Below are positions 63,779 through 64,000 of a stretch of DNA of 64,000 bases, piece after piece. Numbering within the stretch: position 1 is the first letter of the stretch; every line of letters begins with the position of its first letter. The stretch is from Gammaproteobacteria bacterium (lineage in GTDB: Bacteria > Pseudomonadota > Gammaproteobacteria > Steroidobacterales > Foliamicaceae). The notes under the pieces were generated by a model that searched no databases, had not been told where the DNA came from, and saw only the letters and a program-made list of their open reading frames with translations. The position numbers were made by a program, and so were the translations under genes. The DNA lies in contig VXSK01000002.1 of assembly GCA_009838035.1 (NCBI GenBank), positions 415,994 to 479,993 of the forward strand. The letters are read 5' to 3'.

Positions 63779-64000
63779 AGCGGGACGTGGCCCTGGTGGA
63801 TTGCGGCGGGGCCAACATTGCATCGCTGCGATTCGCCCTGGAGCGACTGGACGTGGAAGGGCACTTCACGCGCAACGCCGGCCGGATCGAAGCCGCGGAA
63901 CGCGTCCTCCTGCCGGGCGTCGGCGCCGCGGGGGCCGGCATGGAAAGGCTGGCCGATGCGGACCTTCTGGAGCTCATACCCCGACTGGCGCAACCCGTGC
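63775..64000 (+). CDS. hisH: Imidazole glycerol phosphate synthase, glutamine amidotransferase subunit (3' end cut by window edge)
   Basis: The GTG overlaps the hisB stop (GTGA). VALVDCGGANIASLRFALERL ... LLPGVGA is a typical HisH N-terminus. Confidence 0.85.
   Translation, partial: MKRDVALVDCGGANIASLRFALERLDVEGHFTRNAGRIEAAERVLLPGVGAAGAGMERLADADLLELIPRLAQPV

Noticed and set aside
1-64000. I looked for phage-defence, toxin-antitoxin, secretion-system or biosynthetic-gene-cluster signatures (nucleases, helicases, NTPase-effector pairs, PKS/NRPS, RiPP enzymes).
   Set aside because: None of the supported ORFs shows such architectures. At 96-122 aa with a conserved helical core, the small partner proteins are too long and too conserved to look like RiPP precursors or antitoxins, so that interpretation was not pursued.

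Overview
GC-rich bacterial chromosomal segment. The gene content and a TonB2/Ttp-type energiser cluster suggest a marine gammaproteobacterium (inference). All homology calls were made by eye from the ORF translations, with no searches run. About 58 tightly packed protein-coding genes are present, many with 4-nt start/stop overlaps. I recognised no rRNA, tRNA, CRISPR array, transposase/integrase or transcription-factor gene.

Layout:
- (1) 1-9.3 kb: four intact MacB-type ABC pump genes with a single MacA-type adaptor.
- (2) 9.3-18.5 kb: a split TRAP transporter (dctQM on the minus strand, dctP on the plus strand), redox enzymes and a GPH-family symporter.
- (3) 17-45 kb: oxidative/catabolic operons. 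These include a PhyH dioxygenase, FAD oxidase, flavin monooxygenase, ALDH, hydrolases, a PrpE-like ligase, hydantoinase A/B, an HMGL-like lyase, a CaiB-type CoA-transferase and an isochorismatase-like amidase. Within this block a two-gene module recurs three times: an N-terminally extended SAM methyltransferase plus a ~100-aa helical partner protein. This is my top candidate for an undescribed system.
- (4) 45.4-52.0 kb: a TonB2-type cluster (DUF3450, large MotA/ExbB, ExbB, ExbD x2, TonB x2, TPR) followed by a 2Fe-2S ferredoxin. The two exbD copies share a 339-nt identical core.
- (5) 52.2-64.0 kb: leuA-ilvE-leuC-leuD-leuB joined without a gap to hisG-hisD-(secreted amidohydrolase)-hisC-hisB-hisH. 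It is preceded by a promoter-like element and an attenuator-like terminator.

Many long antisense ORFs in the track are treated as GC-driven artefacts.
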